Of a stretch of 64,000 bases of DNA, positions 47,601 through 62,600 are shown piece after piece. Location: assembly GCA_964057225.1 (NCBI GenBank), contig OZ059899.1, positions 20,708,001 to 20,772,000 on the forward strand, in the 5' to 3' direction. How positions within the stretch are numbered: the first letter of the stretch is position 1; each line of letters starts with the position of its first letter. Position numbers and translations under genes: made by a program. Origin of the DNA: Auanema rhodensis (taxonomy: Eukaryota > Animalia > Nematoda). Under the pieces are notes generated by a model. That model saw nothing but the letters and a program-made list of their open reading frames with translations, was not told the origin of the DNA and ran no database searches.

Positions 47601-50600
47601 AATGCATCATTTTTCAAACGATCATAACTAATTTTTGTATTAAGCGTTTCTCAATGTAGTATAGTGCATTCGATGCGGATTTTTAAGCTGCGTCGATCTG
47701 TGTTATCAGATTTGCGCTAGCTTAAAAATGCACCGAGATATCAACTGATATAAGTTCACACTTATATCCTCGATTTTCACCCTGAAGAATTAATTTTTTC
47801 GTTGAATAACATTGTCCATCGTCTTTGCCTTGAAAAAAGGAATCTAAAAACATCTACTTTTTGCTAAATTATCTTGAAATTTTTCGAAAAAATTTTTGTC
47901 AAAATGTTTTTGGAAGCAATGTTGAGTGTATATGGAATCTCAACATACACTAAGGCATCATTTTTCAAACGATCATGACTAATTTTTGTATTGAGGGTTT
48001 CTCAATGTAGTATAGTGCATTCAATGCGGATTTTTAAGCTGCGTCGATTTGTGTTATCAGATTTGCGCTAGCTTAAAAATGCACCGAGATATCAACTGAT
48101 ATAAGTTCACACTTATATCCTCGATTTTCACCCTGAAAAATTGATTTTTTCGTTGAATAACACTGTCCATCGTCTTTGCCTTAAAAAAAGGAATCTAAAA
48201 ACATCTACTTTTTGTGAAATTATTTTGAAATTTTCAGGGAAAATTTTTGTCAAAATGTTTTTGGAAGCAATGTTGAGTGTACATGGAAACTCAACATACA
48301 CTAATGCATCATTTTTCAAACGATCATAACTAATTTTTGTATTGAGGGTTTCTCAATGTAGTATAATGCATTCGATGCGGATTTGTAAGCTGCGTCGATC
48401 TGTGTTATCAGATTTGCGCTAGCTTAAAAAAGCACCGAGATATCAACTGATATAAGTTCACACTTATATCCTCGATTTTCACCCTGAAGAATTAATTTTT
48501 TTGTTGAATAACATTGTCCATCGTCTTCGCCTTGAAAAAAGGAATCTAAAAACATCTACTTTTTGTGAAATTATTTCGAAATTTTTAGGTAAAATTTTTG
48601 TCAAAATGTTTTTGAAAGCAATGTTGAGTGTACATGGAAACTCAACATACACTAATGCATCATTTTTCAAACGATCATGACTAATTTTTGTATTGAGGGT
48701 TTCTCAATGTAGTATAGTGCATTCGATGCGGATTTTTAAGCTGCGTCGATCTGTGTTATCAGATTTGCGCTAGCTTAAAAATGCACCGAGATATCAACTG
48801 ATATAAGTTTACACTTATATCCTCGATTTTCACCCTGGAGAATTAATTTTTTCGTTGAATAACATTGTCCATCGTCTTCGCCTTGAAAAAAGGAATCTAA
48901 AAACATCTACTTTTTGTGAAATTATTTTGAAATTTTTAGGGAAAATTTTTGTCAAAATGTTTTTGGAAGCAATGTTGAGTGTACATGGAAACTCAACATA
49001 CACTAATGCATCATTTTTCAAACGATCATAACTAATTTTTGTATTAAGCGTTTCTCAATGTAGTATAGTGCTTTCGATGCGGATTTTTAAGTTGCGTCGA
49101 TCTGTGTTATCAGATTTGCGCTAGCTTAAAAATGCACCGAGATATCAACTGATATAAGTTCACACTTATATCCTCGATTTTCACCCTGAAGAATTAATTT
49201 TTTCGTTGAATAACTTCGTCCATCGTCTTTGCCTTGAAAAAAGGAATCTAAAAACATCTACTTTTTGTGAAATTATTTTGAAATTTTTAGGGAAAATTTT
49301 GGTCAAAATGTTTTTGGAAGCAATGTTGAGTGTACATGGAATCTCAACATACACTAAGGCATCATTTTTCAAACGATCATAACTAATTTTTGTATTAAGC
49401 GTTTCTCAATGTAGTATAGTGCATTCAATGCGGATTTTTAAGCTGCGTCGATCTGTGTTATCAGATTTGCGCTAGCTTAAAAATGCACCGAGATATCAAC
49501 TGATATAAGTTCACAATTATATCCTCGATTTTCACATTGAAGAACTAATTTTTTCGTTGAATAACATTGTCCATCGTCTTTGCCTTGAAAGAAGGAATCT
49601 AAAAACATCTACTTTTTGCTAAATTATTTTGAAATTTTTCGAAAAAATTTTTGTCAAAATGTTTTTGGAAGCAATGTTGAGTGTACATGGAATCTCAACA
49701 TACACTAAGGCATCATTTTTCAAACGATCATAACTAATTTTTGTATTAAGCGTTTCTCAATGTAGTATAGTGCTTTCGATGCGGATTTTTAAGTTGCGTC
49801 GATCTGTGTTATCAGATTTGCGCTAGCTTAAAAATGCACCGAGATATCAACTGATATAAGTTCACACTTATATCCTCGATTTTCACCCTGAAGAATTAAT
49901 TTTTTCGTTGAATAACTTTGTCCATCGTCTTTGCCTTGAAAAAAGGAATCTAAAAACATCTACTATTTGCGAAATTATTTTGAATTTTTTCGGAAACATT
50001 TTTGTCAAAATGTTTTTGGAAGCAATGTTGAGTGTACATGGAAACTCAACATACACTAATGCATCTTTTTTCAAACGATCATAACTAATTTTTGTAATAA
50101 GCGTTTCTCAATGTTGTATAGTGCATTCGATGCGGATTTTTAAGCTGCGTCGATCTGTGTTATCAGATTTGCGCTAGCTTAAAAATGCACCGAGATATCA
50201 ACTGATATAAGTTCACACTTATATCCTCGATTTTCACATTGAAGAACTAATTTTTTCGTTGAATAACATTGTCCATCGTCTTTGCCTCGAAAAAAGAAAT
50301 CTAAAAACATCTACTTTTTGCTAAATTATTTTGAAATTTTTCGAAAAAAGTTTTGTCAAAATGTTTTTGGAAGCAATGTTGAGTGTACATGGAAACTCAA
50401 CATACACTAATGCATCATTTTTCAAACGATCATAACTAATTTTTGTATTGAGCGTTTCTCAATGTAGTATAGTGCTTTCGATGCGGATTTTTAAGTTGCG
50501 TCGATCTGTGTTATCAGATTTGCGCTAGCTTAAAAATGCACCGAGATATCAACTGATATAAGTTCACACTTATATCCTCGATTTTCACCCTGAAGAATTA

Positions 50601-53600
50601 ATTTTTTCGTTGAATAACTTTGTCCATCGTCTTTGCCTTGAAAAAAGGAATCTAAAAACATCTACTATTTGCGAAATTATTTTGAATTTTTTCGGAAACA
50701 TTTTTGTCAAAATGTTTTTGGAAGCAATGTTGAGTGTACATGGAAACTCAACATACACTAATGCATCTTTTTTCAAACGATCATAACTAATTTTTGTAAT
50801 AAGCGTTTCTCAATGTTGTATAGTGCGTTCGATGCGGATTTTTAAGCTGCGTCGATCTGTGTTATCAGATTTGCGCTAGCTTAAAAATGCACCGAGATAT
50901 CAACTGATATAAGTTCACACTTATATCCTCGATTTTCACATTGAAGAACTAATTTTTTCGTTGAATAACATTGTCCATCGTCTTTGCCTTGAAAAAAGAA
51001 ATCTAAAAACATCTACTTTTTGCTAAATTATTTTGAAATTTTTCGAAAAAAGTTTTGTCAAAATGTTTTTGGAAGCAATGTTGAGTGTACATGGAAACTC
51101 AACATACACTAATGCATCATTTCTCAAACGATCATAACTAATTTTTGTATTAAGCGTTTCTCAATGTAGTATAGTGCATTCGATGCGGATTTTTAAGCTG
51201 CGTCGATCTGTGTTATCAGATTTGCGCTAGCTTAAAAATGCACCGAGATATCAACTGATATAAGTTCACACTTATATCCTCGATTTTCACCCTGAAGAAT
51301 TAATTTTTTCGTTGAATAACATTGTCCATCGTCTTTGCCTTGAAAAAAGGAATCTAAAAACATCTACTTTTTGCTAAATTATCTTGAAATTTTTCGAAAA
51401 AATTTTTGTCAAAATGTTTTTGGAAGCAATGTTGAGTGTATATGGAATCTCAACATACACTAAGGCATCATTTTTCAAACGATCATGACTAATTTTTGTA
51501 TTGAGGGTTTCTCAATGTAGTATAGTGCATTCAATGCGGATTTTTAAGCTGCGTCGATTTGTGTTATCAGATTTGCGCTAGCTTAAAAATGCACCGAGAT
51601 ATCAACTGATATAAGTTCACACTTATATCCTCGATTTTCACCCTGAAAAATTGATTTTTTCGTTGAATAACACTGTCCATCGTCTTTGCCTTAAAAAAAG
51701 GAATCTAAAAACATCTACTTTTTGTGAAATTATTTTGAAATTTTCAGGGAAAATTTTTGTCAAAATGTTTTTGGAAGCAATGTTGAGTGTACATGGAAAC
51801 TCAACATACACTAATGCATCATTTTTCAAACGATCATAACTAATTTTTGTATTGAGGGTTTCTCAATGTAGTATAATGCATTCGATGCGGATTTGTAAGC
51901 TGCGTCGATCTGTGTTATCAGATTTGCGCTAGCTTAAAAAAGCACCGAGATATCAACTGATATAAGTTCACACTTATATCCTCGATTTTCACCCTGAAGA
52001 ATTAATTTTTTTGTTGAATAACATTGTCCATCGTCTTCGCCTTGAAAAAAGGAATCTAAAAACATCTACTTTTTGTGAAATTATTTCGAAATTTTCAGGT
52101 AAAATTTTTGTCAAAATGTTTTTGAAAGCAATGTTGAGTGTACATGGAAACTCAACATACACTAATGCATCATTTTTCAAACGATCATGACTAATTTTTG
52201 TATTGAGGGTTTCTCAATGTAGTATAGTGCATTCGATGCGGATTTTTAAGCTGCGTCGATCTGTGTTATCAGATTTGCGCTAGCTTAAAAATGCACCGAG
52301 ATATCAACTGATATAAGTTTACACTTATATCCTCGATTTTCACCCTGGAGAATTAATTTTTTCGTTGAATAACATTGTCCATCGTCTTCGCCTTGAAAAA
52401 AGGAATCTAAAAACATCTACTTTTTGTGAAATTATTTTGAAATTTTTAGGGAAAATTTTGGTCAAAATGTTTTTGGAAGCAATGTTGAGTGTACATGGAA
52501 ACTCAACATACACTAATGCATCATTTTTCAAACGATCATGACTAATTTTTGTATTGAGGGTTTCTCAATGTAGTATAGTGCATTCGATGCGGATTTTTAA
52601 GCTGCGTCGATCTGTGTTATCAGATTTGCGCTAGCTTAAAAATGCACCGAGATATCAACTGATATAAGTTCACACTTATATCCTCGATTTTCACATTGAA
52701 GAACTAATTTTTTCGTTGAATAACATTGTCCATCGTCTTTGCCTTGAAAAAAGAAATCTAAAAACATCTACTTTTTGCTAAATTATTTTGAAATTTTTCG
52801 AAAAAAGTTTTGTCAAAATGTTTTTGGAAGCAATGTTGAGTGTACATGGAAACTCAACATACACTAATGCATCATTTTTCAAACGATCATAACTAATTTT
52901 TGTATTGAGCGTTTCTCAATGTAGTATAGTGCTTTCGATGCGGATTTTTAAGTTGCGTCGATCTGTGTTATCTTATTTGCGCTAGCTTAAAAATGCACCG
53001 AGATATCAACTGATATAAGTTCACACTTATATCCTCGATTTTCACCCTGAAGAATTAATTTTTTCGTTGAATAACTTTGTCCATCGTCTTTGCCTTGAAA
53101 AAAGGAATCTAAAAACATCTACTATTTGCGAAATTATTTTGAATTTTTTCGGAAACATTTTTGTCAAAATGTTTTTGGAAGCAATGTTGAGTGTACATGG
53201 AAACTCAACATACACTAATGCATCTTTTTTCAAACGATCATAACTAATTTTTGTAATAAGCGTTTCTCAATGTTGTATAGTGCATTCGATGCGGATTTGT
53301 AAGCTGCGTCGATCTGTGTTATCAGATTTGCGCTAGCTTAAAAATGCACCGAGATATCAACTGATATAAGTTCACACTTATATCCTCGATTTTCACATTG
53401 AAGAACTAATTTTTTCGTTGAATAACATTGTCCATCGTCTTTGCCTTGAAAAAAGAAATCTAAAAACATCTACTTTTTGCTAAATTATTTTGAAATTTTT
53501 AGGGAAAATTTTGGTCAAAATGTTTTTGGAAGCAATGTTGAGTGTACATGGAAACTCAACATACACTAATGCATCATTTTTCAAACGATCATGACTAATT

Positions 53601-56600
53601 TTTGTATTGAGGGTTTCTCAATGTAGTATAGTGCATTCGATGCGGATTTTTAAGCTGCGTCGATCTGTGTTATCAGATTTGCGCTAGCTTAAAAATGCAC
53701 CGAGATATCAACTGATATAAGTTCACACTTATATCCTCGATTTTCACATTGAAGAACTAATTTTTTCGTTGAATAACATTGTCCATCGTCTTTGCCTTGA
53801 AAAAAGAAATCTAAAAACATCTACTTTTTGCTAAATTATTTTGAAATTTTTCGAAAAAAGTTTTGTCAAAATGTTTTTGGAAGCAATGTTGAGTGTACAT
53901 GGAAACTCAACATACACTAATGCATCATTTTTCAAACGATCATAACTAATTTTTGTATTGAGCGTTTCTCAATGTAGTATAGTGCTTTCGATGCGGATTT
54001 TTAAGTTGCGTCGATCTGTGTTATCTTATTTGCGCTAGCTTAAAAATGCACCGAGATATCAACTGATATAAGTTCACACTTATATCCTCGATTTTCACCC
54101 TGAAGAATTAATTTTTTCGTTGAATAACTTTGTCCATCGTCTTTGCCTTGAAAAAAGGAATCTAAAAACATCTACTATTTGCGAAATTATTTTGAATTTT
54201 TTCGGAAACATTTTTGTCAAAATGTTTTTGGAAGCAATGTTGAGTGTACATGGAAACTCAACATACACTAATGCATCATTTTTCAAACGATCATAACTAA
54301 TTTTTGTATTAAGCGTTTCTCAATGTAGTATAGTGCATTCGATGCGGATTTTTAAGCTGCGTCGATCTGTGTTATCAGATTTGCGCTAGCTTAAAAATGC
54401 ACCGAGATATCAACTGATATAAGTTCACACTTATATCCTCGATTTTCACCCTGAAGAATTAATTTTTTCGTTGAATAACATTGTCCATCGTCTTTGCCTT
54501 GAAAAAAGGAATCTAAAAACATCTACTTTTTGCTAAATTATTTTGAAATTTTTCGAAAAAATTTTTGTCAAAATGTTTTTGGAAGCAATGTTGAGTGTAC
54601 ATGGAATCTCAACATACACTAAGGCATCATTTTTCAAACGATCATGACTAATTTTTGTATTGAGGGTTTCTCAATGTAGTATAGTGCATTCGATGCGGAT
54701 TTTTAAGCTGCGTCGATTTGTGTTATCAGATTTGCGCTAGCTTAAAAATGCACCGAGATATCAACTGATATAAGTTCACACTTATATCCTCGATTTTCAC
54801 CCTGAAGAATTAATTTTTTTGTTGAATAACATTGTCCATCGTCTTCGCCTTGAAAAAAGGAATCTAAAAACATCTACTTTTTGTGAAATTATTTCGAAAT
54901 TTTTAGGTAAAATTTTTGTCAAAATGTTTTTGAAAGCAATGTTGAGTGTACATGGAAACTCAACATACACTAATGCATCATTTTTCAAACGATCATGACT
55001 AATTTTTGTATTGAGGGTTTCTCAATGTAGTATAGTGCATTCGATGCGGATTTTTAAGCTGCGTCGATCTGTGTTATCAGATTTGCGCTAGCTTAAAAAT
55101 GCACCGAGATATCAACTGATATAAGTTCACACTTATATCCTCGATTTTCACCCTGAAGAATTAATTTTTTCGTTGAATAACATTGTCCATCGTCTTTGCC
55201 TTGAAAAAAGGAATCTAAAAACATCTACTTTTTGCTAAATTATCTTGAAATTTTTCGAAAAAATTTTTGTCAAAATGTTTTTGGAAGCAATGTTGAGTGT
55301 ATATGGAATCTCAACATACACTAAGGCATCATTTTTCAAACGATCATGACTAATTTTTGTATTGAGGGTTTCTCAATGTAGTATAGTGCATTCAATGCGG
55401 ATTTTTAAGCTGCGTCGATTTGTGTTATCAGATTTGCGCTAGCTTAAAAATGCACCGAGATATCAACTGATATAAGTTCACACTTATATCCTCGATTTTC
55501 ACCCTGAAAAATTGATTTTTTCGTTGAATAACACTGTCCATCGTCTTTGCCTTAAAAAAAGGAATCTAAAAACATCTACTTTTTGTGAAATTATTTTGAA
55601 ATTTTCAGGGAAAATTTTTGTCAAAATGTTTTTGGAAGCAATGTTGAGTGTACATGGAAACTCAACATACACTAATGCATCATTTTTCAAACGATCATAA
55701 CTAATTTTTGTATTGAGGGTTTCTCAATGTAGTATAATGCATTCGATGCGGATTTGTAAGCTGCGTCGATCTGTGTTATCAGATTTGCGCTAGCTTAAAA
55801 AAGCACCGAGATATCAACTGATATAAGTTCACACTTATATCCTCGATTTTCACCCTGAAGAATTAATTTTTTTGTTGAATAACATTGTCCATCGTCTTCG
55901 CCTTGAAAAAAGGAATCTAAAAACATCTACTTTTTGTGAAATTATTTCGAAATTTTCAGGTAAAATTTTTGTCAAAATGTTTTTGAAAGCAATGTTGAGT
56001 GTACATGGAAACTCAACATACACTAATGCATCATTTTTCAAACGATCATGACTAATTTTTGTATTGAGGGTTTCTCAATGTAGTATAGTGCATTCGATGC
56101 GGATTTTTAAGCTGCGTCGATCTGTGTTATCAGATTTGCGCTAGCTTAAAAATGCACCGAGATATCAACTGATATAAGTTTACACTTATATCCTCGATTT
56201 TCACCCTGGAGAATTAATTTTTTCGTTGAATAACATTGTCCATCGTCTTCGCCTTGAAAAAAGGAATCTAAAAACATCTACTTTTTGTGAAATTATTTTG
56301 AAATTTTTAGGGAAAATTTTGGTCAAAATGTTTTTGGAAGCAATGTTGAGTGTACATGGAAACTCAACATACACTAATGCATCATTTTTCAAACGATCAT
56401 GACTAATTTTTGTATTGAGGGTTTCTCAATGTAGTATAGTGCATTCGATGCGGATTTTTAAGCTGCGTCGATCTGTGTTATCAGATTTGCGCTAGCTTAA
56501 AAATGCACCGAGATATCAACTGATATAAGTTCACACTTATATCCTCGATTTTCACATTGAAGAACTAATTTTTTCGTTGAATAACATTGTCCATCGTCTT

Positions 56601-59600
56601 TGCCTTGAAAAAAGAAATCTAAAAACATCTACTTTTTGCTAAATTATTTTGAAATTTTTCGAAAAAAGTTTTGTCAAAATGTTTTTGGAAGCAATGTTGA
56701 GTGTACATGGAAACTCAACATACACTAATGCATCATTTTTCAAACGATCATAACTAATTTTTGTATTGAGCGTTTCTCAATGTAGTATAGTGCTTTCGAT
56801 GCGGATTTTTAAGTTGCGTCGATCTGTGTTATCTTATTTGCGCTAGCTTAAAAATGCACCGAGATATCAACTGATATAAGTTCACACTTATATCCTCGAT
56901 TTTCACCCTGAAGAATTAATTTTTTCGTTGAATAACTTTGTCCATCGTCTTTGCCTTGAAAAAAGGAATCTAAAAACATCTACTATTTGCGAAATTATTT
57001 TGAATTTTTTCGGAAACATTTTTGTCAAAATGTTTTTGGAAGCAATGTTGAGTGTACATGGAAACTCAACATACACTAATGCATCTTTTTTCAAACGATC
57101 ATAACTAATTTTTGTAATAAGCGTTTCTCAATGTTGTATAGTGCATTCGATGCGGATTTGTAAGCTGCGTCGATCTGTGTTATCAGATTTGCGCTAGCTT
57201 AAAAATGCACCGAGATATCAACTGATATAAGTTCACACTTATATCCTCGATTTTCACATTGAAGAACTAATTTTTTCGTTGAATAACATTGTCCATCGTC
57301 TTTGCCTTGAAAAAAGAAATCTAAAAACATCTACTTTTTGCTAAATTATTTTGAAATTTTTCGAAAAAAGTTTTGTCAAAATGTTTTTGGAAGCAATGTT
57401 GAGTGTACATGGAAACTCAACATACACTAATGCATCATTTTTCAAACGATCATAACTAATTTTTGTATTAAGCGTTTCTCAATGTAGTATAGTGCATTCG
57501 ATGCGGATTTTTAAGCTGCGTCGATCTGTGTTATCAGATTTGCGCTAGCTTAAAAATGCACCGAGATATCAACTGATATAAGTTCACACTTATATCCTCG
57601 ATTTTCACCCTGAAGAATTAATTTTTTCGTTGAATAACATTGTCCATCGTCTTTGCCTTGAAAAAAGGAATCTAAAAACATCTACTTTTTGCTAAATTAT
57701 TTTGAAATTTTTCGAAAAAATTTTTGTCAAAATGTTTTTGGAAGCAATGTTGAGTGTACATGGAATCTCAACATACACTAAGGCATCATTTTTCAAACGA
57801 TCATGACTAATTTTTGTATTGAGGGTTTCTCAATGTAGTATAGTGCATTCGATGCGGATTTTTAAGCTGCGTCGATTTGTGTTATCAGATTTGCGCTAGC
57901 TTAAAAATGCACCGAGATATCAACTGATATAAGTTCACACTTATATCCTCGATTTTCACCCTGAAGAATTAATTTTTTTGTTGAATAACATTGTCCATCG
58001 TCTTCGCCTTGAAAAAAGGAATCTAAAAACATCTACTTTTTGTGAAATTATTTCGAAATTTTTAGGTAAAATTTTTGTCAAAATGTTTTTGAAAGCAATG
58101 TTGAGTGTACATGGAAACTCAACATACACTAATGCATCATTTTTCAAACGATCATGACTAATTTTTGTATTGAGGGTTTCTCAATGTAGTATAGTGCATT
58201 CGATGCGGATTTTTAAGCTGCGTCGATCTGTGTTATCAGATTTGCGCTAGCTTAAAAATGCACCGAGATATCAACTGATATAAGTTTACACTTATATCCT
58301 CGATTTTCACCCTGGAGAATTAATTTTTTCGTTGAATAACATTGTCCATCGTCTTCGCCTTGAAAAAAGGAATCTAAAAACATCTACTTTTTGTGAAATT
58401 ATTTTGAAATTTTTAGGGAAAATTTTGGTCAAAATGTTTTTGGAAGCAATGTTGAGTGTACATGGAAACTCAACATACACTAATGCATCATTTTTCAAAC
58501 GATCATGACTAATTTTTGTATTGAGGGTTTCTCAATGTAGTATAGTGCATTCGATGCGGATTTTTAAGCTGCGTCGATCTGTGTTATCAGATTTGCGCTA
58601 GCTTAAAAATGCACCGAGATATCAACTGATATAAGTTCACACTTATATCCTCGATTTTCACCCTGAAAAATTGATTTTTTCGTTGAATAACACTGTCCAT
58701 CGTCTTTGCCTTGAAAAAAGGAATCTAAAAACATCTACTTTTTGTGAAATTATTTTGAAATTTTTAGGGAAAATTTTGGTCAAAATGTTTTTGGAAGCAA
58801 TGTTGAGTGTACATGGAAACTCAACATACACTAATGCATCATTTTTCAAACGATCATGACTAATTTTTGTATTGAGGGTTTCTCAATGTAGTATAGTGCA
58901 TTCGATGCGGATTTTTAAGCTGCGTCGATCTGTGTTATCAGATTTGCGCTAGCTTAAAAATGCACCGAGATATCAACTGATATAAGTTCACACTTATATC
59001 CTCGATTTTCACCCTGAAAAATTGATTTTTTCGTTGAATAACACTGTCCATCGTCTTTGCCTTGAAAAAAGGAATCTAAAAACATCTACTTTTTGTGAAA
59101 TTATTTTGAAATTTTCAGGGAAAATTTTTGTCAAAATGTTTTTGGAAGCAATGTTGAGTGTACATGGAATCTCAACATACACTAAGGCATCATTTTTCAA
59201 ACGATCATTACTAATTTTTGTATTAAGCGTTTCTCAATGTAGTATAGTGCATTCGATGCGGATTTTTAAGTTGCGTCGATCTGTGTTATCAGATTTGCGC
59301 TAGCTTAAAAATGCACCGAGATATCAACTGATATAAGTTCACACTTATATCCTCGATTTTCACCCTGAAGAATTAATTTTTTCGTTGAATAACATTGTCC
59401 ATCGTCTTTGCCTTGAAAAAAGGAATCTAAAAACATCTACTTTTTGCTAAATTATTTTGAAATTTTTCGAAAAAAGTTTTGTCAAAATGTTTTTGGAAGC
59501 AATGTTGAGTGTACATGGAAACTCAACATACACTAATGCATCATTTTTCAAACGATCATAACTAATTTTTGTATTAAGCGTTTCTCAATGTAGTATAGTG

Positions 59601-62600
59601 CATTCGATGCGGATTTTTAAGCTGCGTCGATCTGTGTTATCAGATTTGCGCTAGCTTAAAAATGCACCGAGATATCAACTGACATAAGTTCACACTTATA
59701 TCCTCGATTTTCACATTGAAGAACTAATTTTTTCGTTGAATAACATTGTCCATCGTCTTTGCCTTGAAAAATGAAATCTAAAAACATCTATTTTTTGCTA
59801 AATTATTTTGAAATTTTTCGAAAAAAGTTTTGTCAAAATGTTTTTGGAAGCAATGTTGAGTGTACATGGAAACTCAACATACACTAATGCATCATTTTTC
59901 AAACGATCATAACTAATTTTTGTATTAAGCGTTTCTCAATGTAGTATAGTGCATTCGATGCGGATTTTTAAGCTGCGTCGATCTGTGTTATCAGATTTGC
60001 GCTAGCTTAAAAATGCACCGAGATATCAACTGATATAAGTTCACACTTATATCCTCGATTTTCACATTGAAGAACTAATTTTTTCGTTGAATAACATTGT
60101 CCATCGTCTTTGCCTTGAAAAATGAAATCTAAAAACATCTATTTTTTGCTAAATTCTTTTGAAATTTTTCGAAAAAAGTTTTGTCAAAATGTTTTTGGAA
60201 GCAATGTTGAGTGTACATGGAAACTCAACATACACTAATGCATCATTTTTCAAACGATCATAACTAATTTTTGTATTAAGCGTTTCTCAATGTAGTATAG
60301 TGCATTCGATGCGGATTTTTAAGCTGCGTCGATCTGTGTTATCAGATTTGCGCTAGCTTAAAAATGCACCGAGATATCAACTGATATAAGTTCACACTTA
60401 TATCCTCGATTTTCACCCTGAAGAATTAATTTTTTCGTTGAATAACATTGTCCATCGTCTTTGCCTTGAAAAAAGGAATCTAAAAACACCTACTTTTTGC
60501 TAAATTATTTTGAAATTTTTCGAAAAAATTTTTGTCAAAATGTTTTTGGAAGCAATGTTGAGTGTACATGGAATCTCAACATACACTAAGGCATCATTTT
60601 TCAAACGATCATAACTAATTTTTGTATTAAGCGTTTCTCAATGTAGTATAGTGCATTCGATGCGGATTTTCAAGCTGCGTCGATCTGTGTTATCAGATTT
60701 GCGCTAGCTTAAAAATGCACCGAGAAATCAACTGATATAAGTTCACAATTATATCCTCGATTTTCACCCTGCAGAATTAATTTTTTCGTTGAATAACTTT
60801 GTCCATCGTCTTTGCCTTGAAAAAAGGAATCTAAAAACATCTACTATTTGCGAAATTATTTTGAATTTTTTCGGAAACATTTTTGTAAAAATGTTTTTGG
60901 AAGCAATGTTGAGTGTACATGGAATCTCAACATATACTAAGGCATCATTTTTCAAACGATCATAACTAATTTTTGTATTAAGCGTTTCTCAATGTAGTAT
61001 AGTGCTTTCGATGCGGATTTTTAAGTTGCGTCGATCTGTGTTATCAGATTTGCGCTAGCTTAAAAATGCACCGAGATATCAACTGATATAAGTTCACACT
61101 TATATCCTCGATTTTCACCCTGAAGAATTAATTTTTTCGTTGAATAACATTGTCCATCGCCTTTGCCTTGAAAAATGAAATCTAAAAACATCTATTTTTT
61201 GCTAAATTATTTTGAAATTTTTCGAAAAAAGTTTTGTCAAAATGTTTTTGGAAGCAATGTTGAGTGTACATGGAAACTCAACATACACTAATGCATCATT
61301 TTTCAAACGATCATAACTAATTTTTGTATCAAGCGTTTCTCAATGTAGTATAGTGCATTCGATGCGGATTTTTAAGCTGCGTCGATCTGTGTTATCAGAT
61401 TTGCGCTAGCTTAAAAATGCACCGAGATATCAACTGATATAAGTTCACACTTATATCCTCGATTTTCACCCTGAAGAATTAATTTTTTCGTTGAATAACA
61501 TTGTCCATCGTCTTTGCCTTGAAAAAAGGAATCTAAAAACATCTACTTTTTGCTAAATTATTTTGAAATTTTTCGAAAAAATTTTTGTCAAAATGTTTTT
61601 GGAAGCAATGTTGAGTGTACATGGAATCTCAACATACACTAAGGCATCATTTTTCAAACGATCATAACTAATTTTTGTATTAAGCGTTTCTCAATGTAGT
61701 ATAGTGCATTCAATGCGGATTTTTAAGCTGCGTCGATCTGTGTTATCAGATTTGCGCTAGCTTAAAAATGCACCGAGATATCAACTGATATAAGTTCACA
61801 ATTATATCCTCGATTTTCACATTGAAGAACTAATTTTTTCGTTGAATAACATTGTCCATCGTCTTTGCCTTGAAAGAAGGAATCTAAAAACATCTACTTT
61901 TTGCTAAATTATTTTGAAATTTTTCGAAAAAATTTTTGTCAAAATGTTTTTGGAAGCAATGTTGAGTGTACATGGAATCTCAACATACACTAAGGCATCA
62001 TTTTTCATACGATCATAACTAATTTTTGTATTAAGCGTTTCTCAATGTAGTATAGTGCTTTCGATGCGGATTTTTAAGTTGCGTCGATCTGTGTTATCAG
62101 ATTTGCGCTAGCTTAAAAATGCACCGAGATATCAACTGATATAAGTTCACACTTATATCCTCGATTTTCACCCTGAAGAATTAATTTTTTCGTTGAATAA
62201 CTTTGTCCATCGTCTTTGCCTTGAAAAAAGTAATCTAAAAACATCTACTTTTTGTGAAATTATTTTGAAATTTTTAGGGAAAATTTTGGTCAAAATGTTT
62301 TTGGAAGCAATGTTGAGTGTACATGGAATCTCAACATACACTAAGGCATCATTTTTCAAACGATCATAACTAATTTTTGTATTAAGCGTTTCTCAATGTA
62401 GTATAGTGCATTCAATGCGGATTTTTAAGCTGCGTCGATCTGTGTTATCAGATTTGCGCTAGCTTAAAAATGCACCGAGATATCAACTGATATAAGTTCA
62501 CAATTATATCCTCGATTTTCACATTGAAGAACTAATTTTTTCGTTGAATAACATTGTCCATCGTCTTTGCCTTGAAAGAAGGAATCTAAAAACATCTACT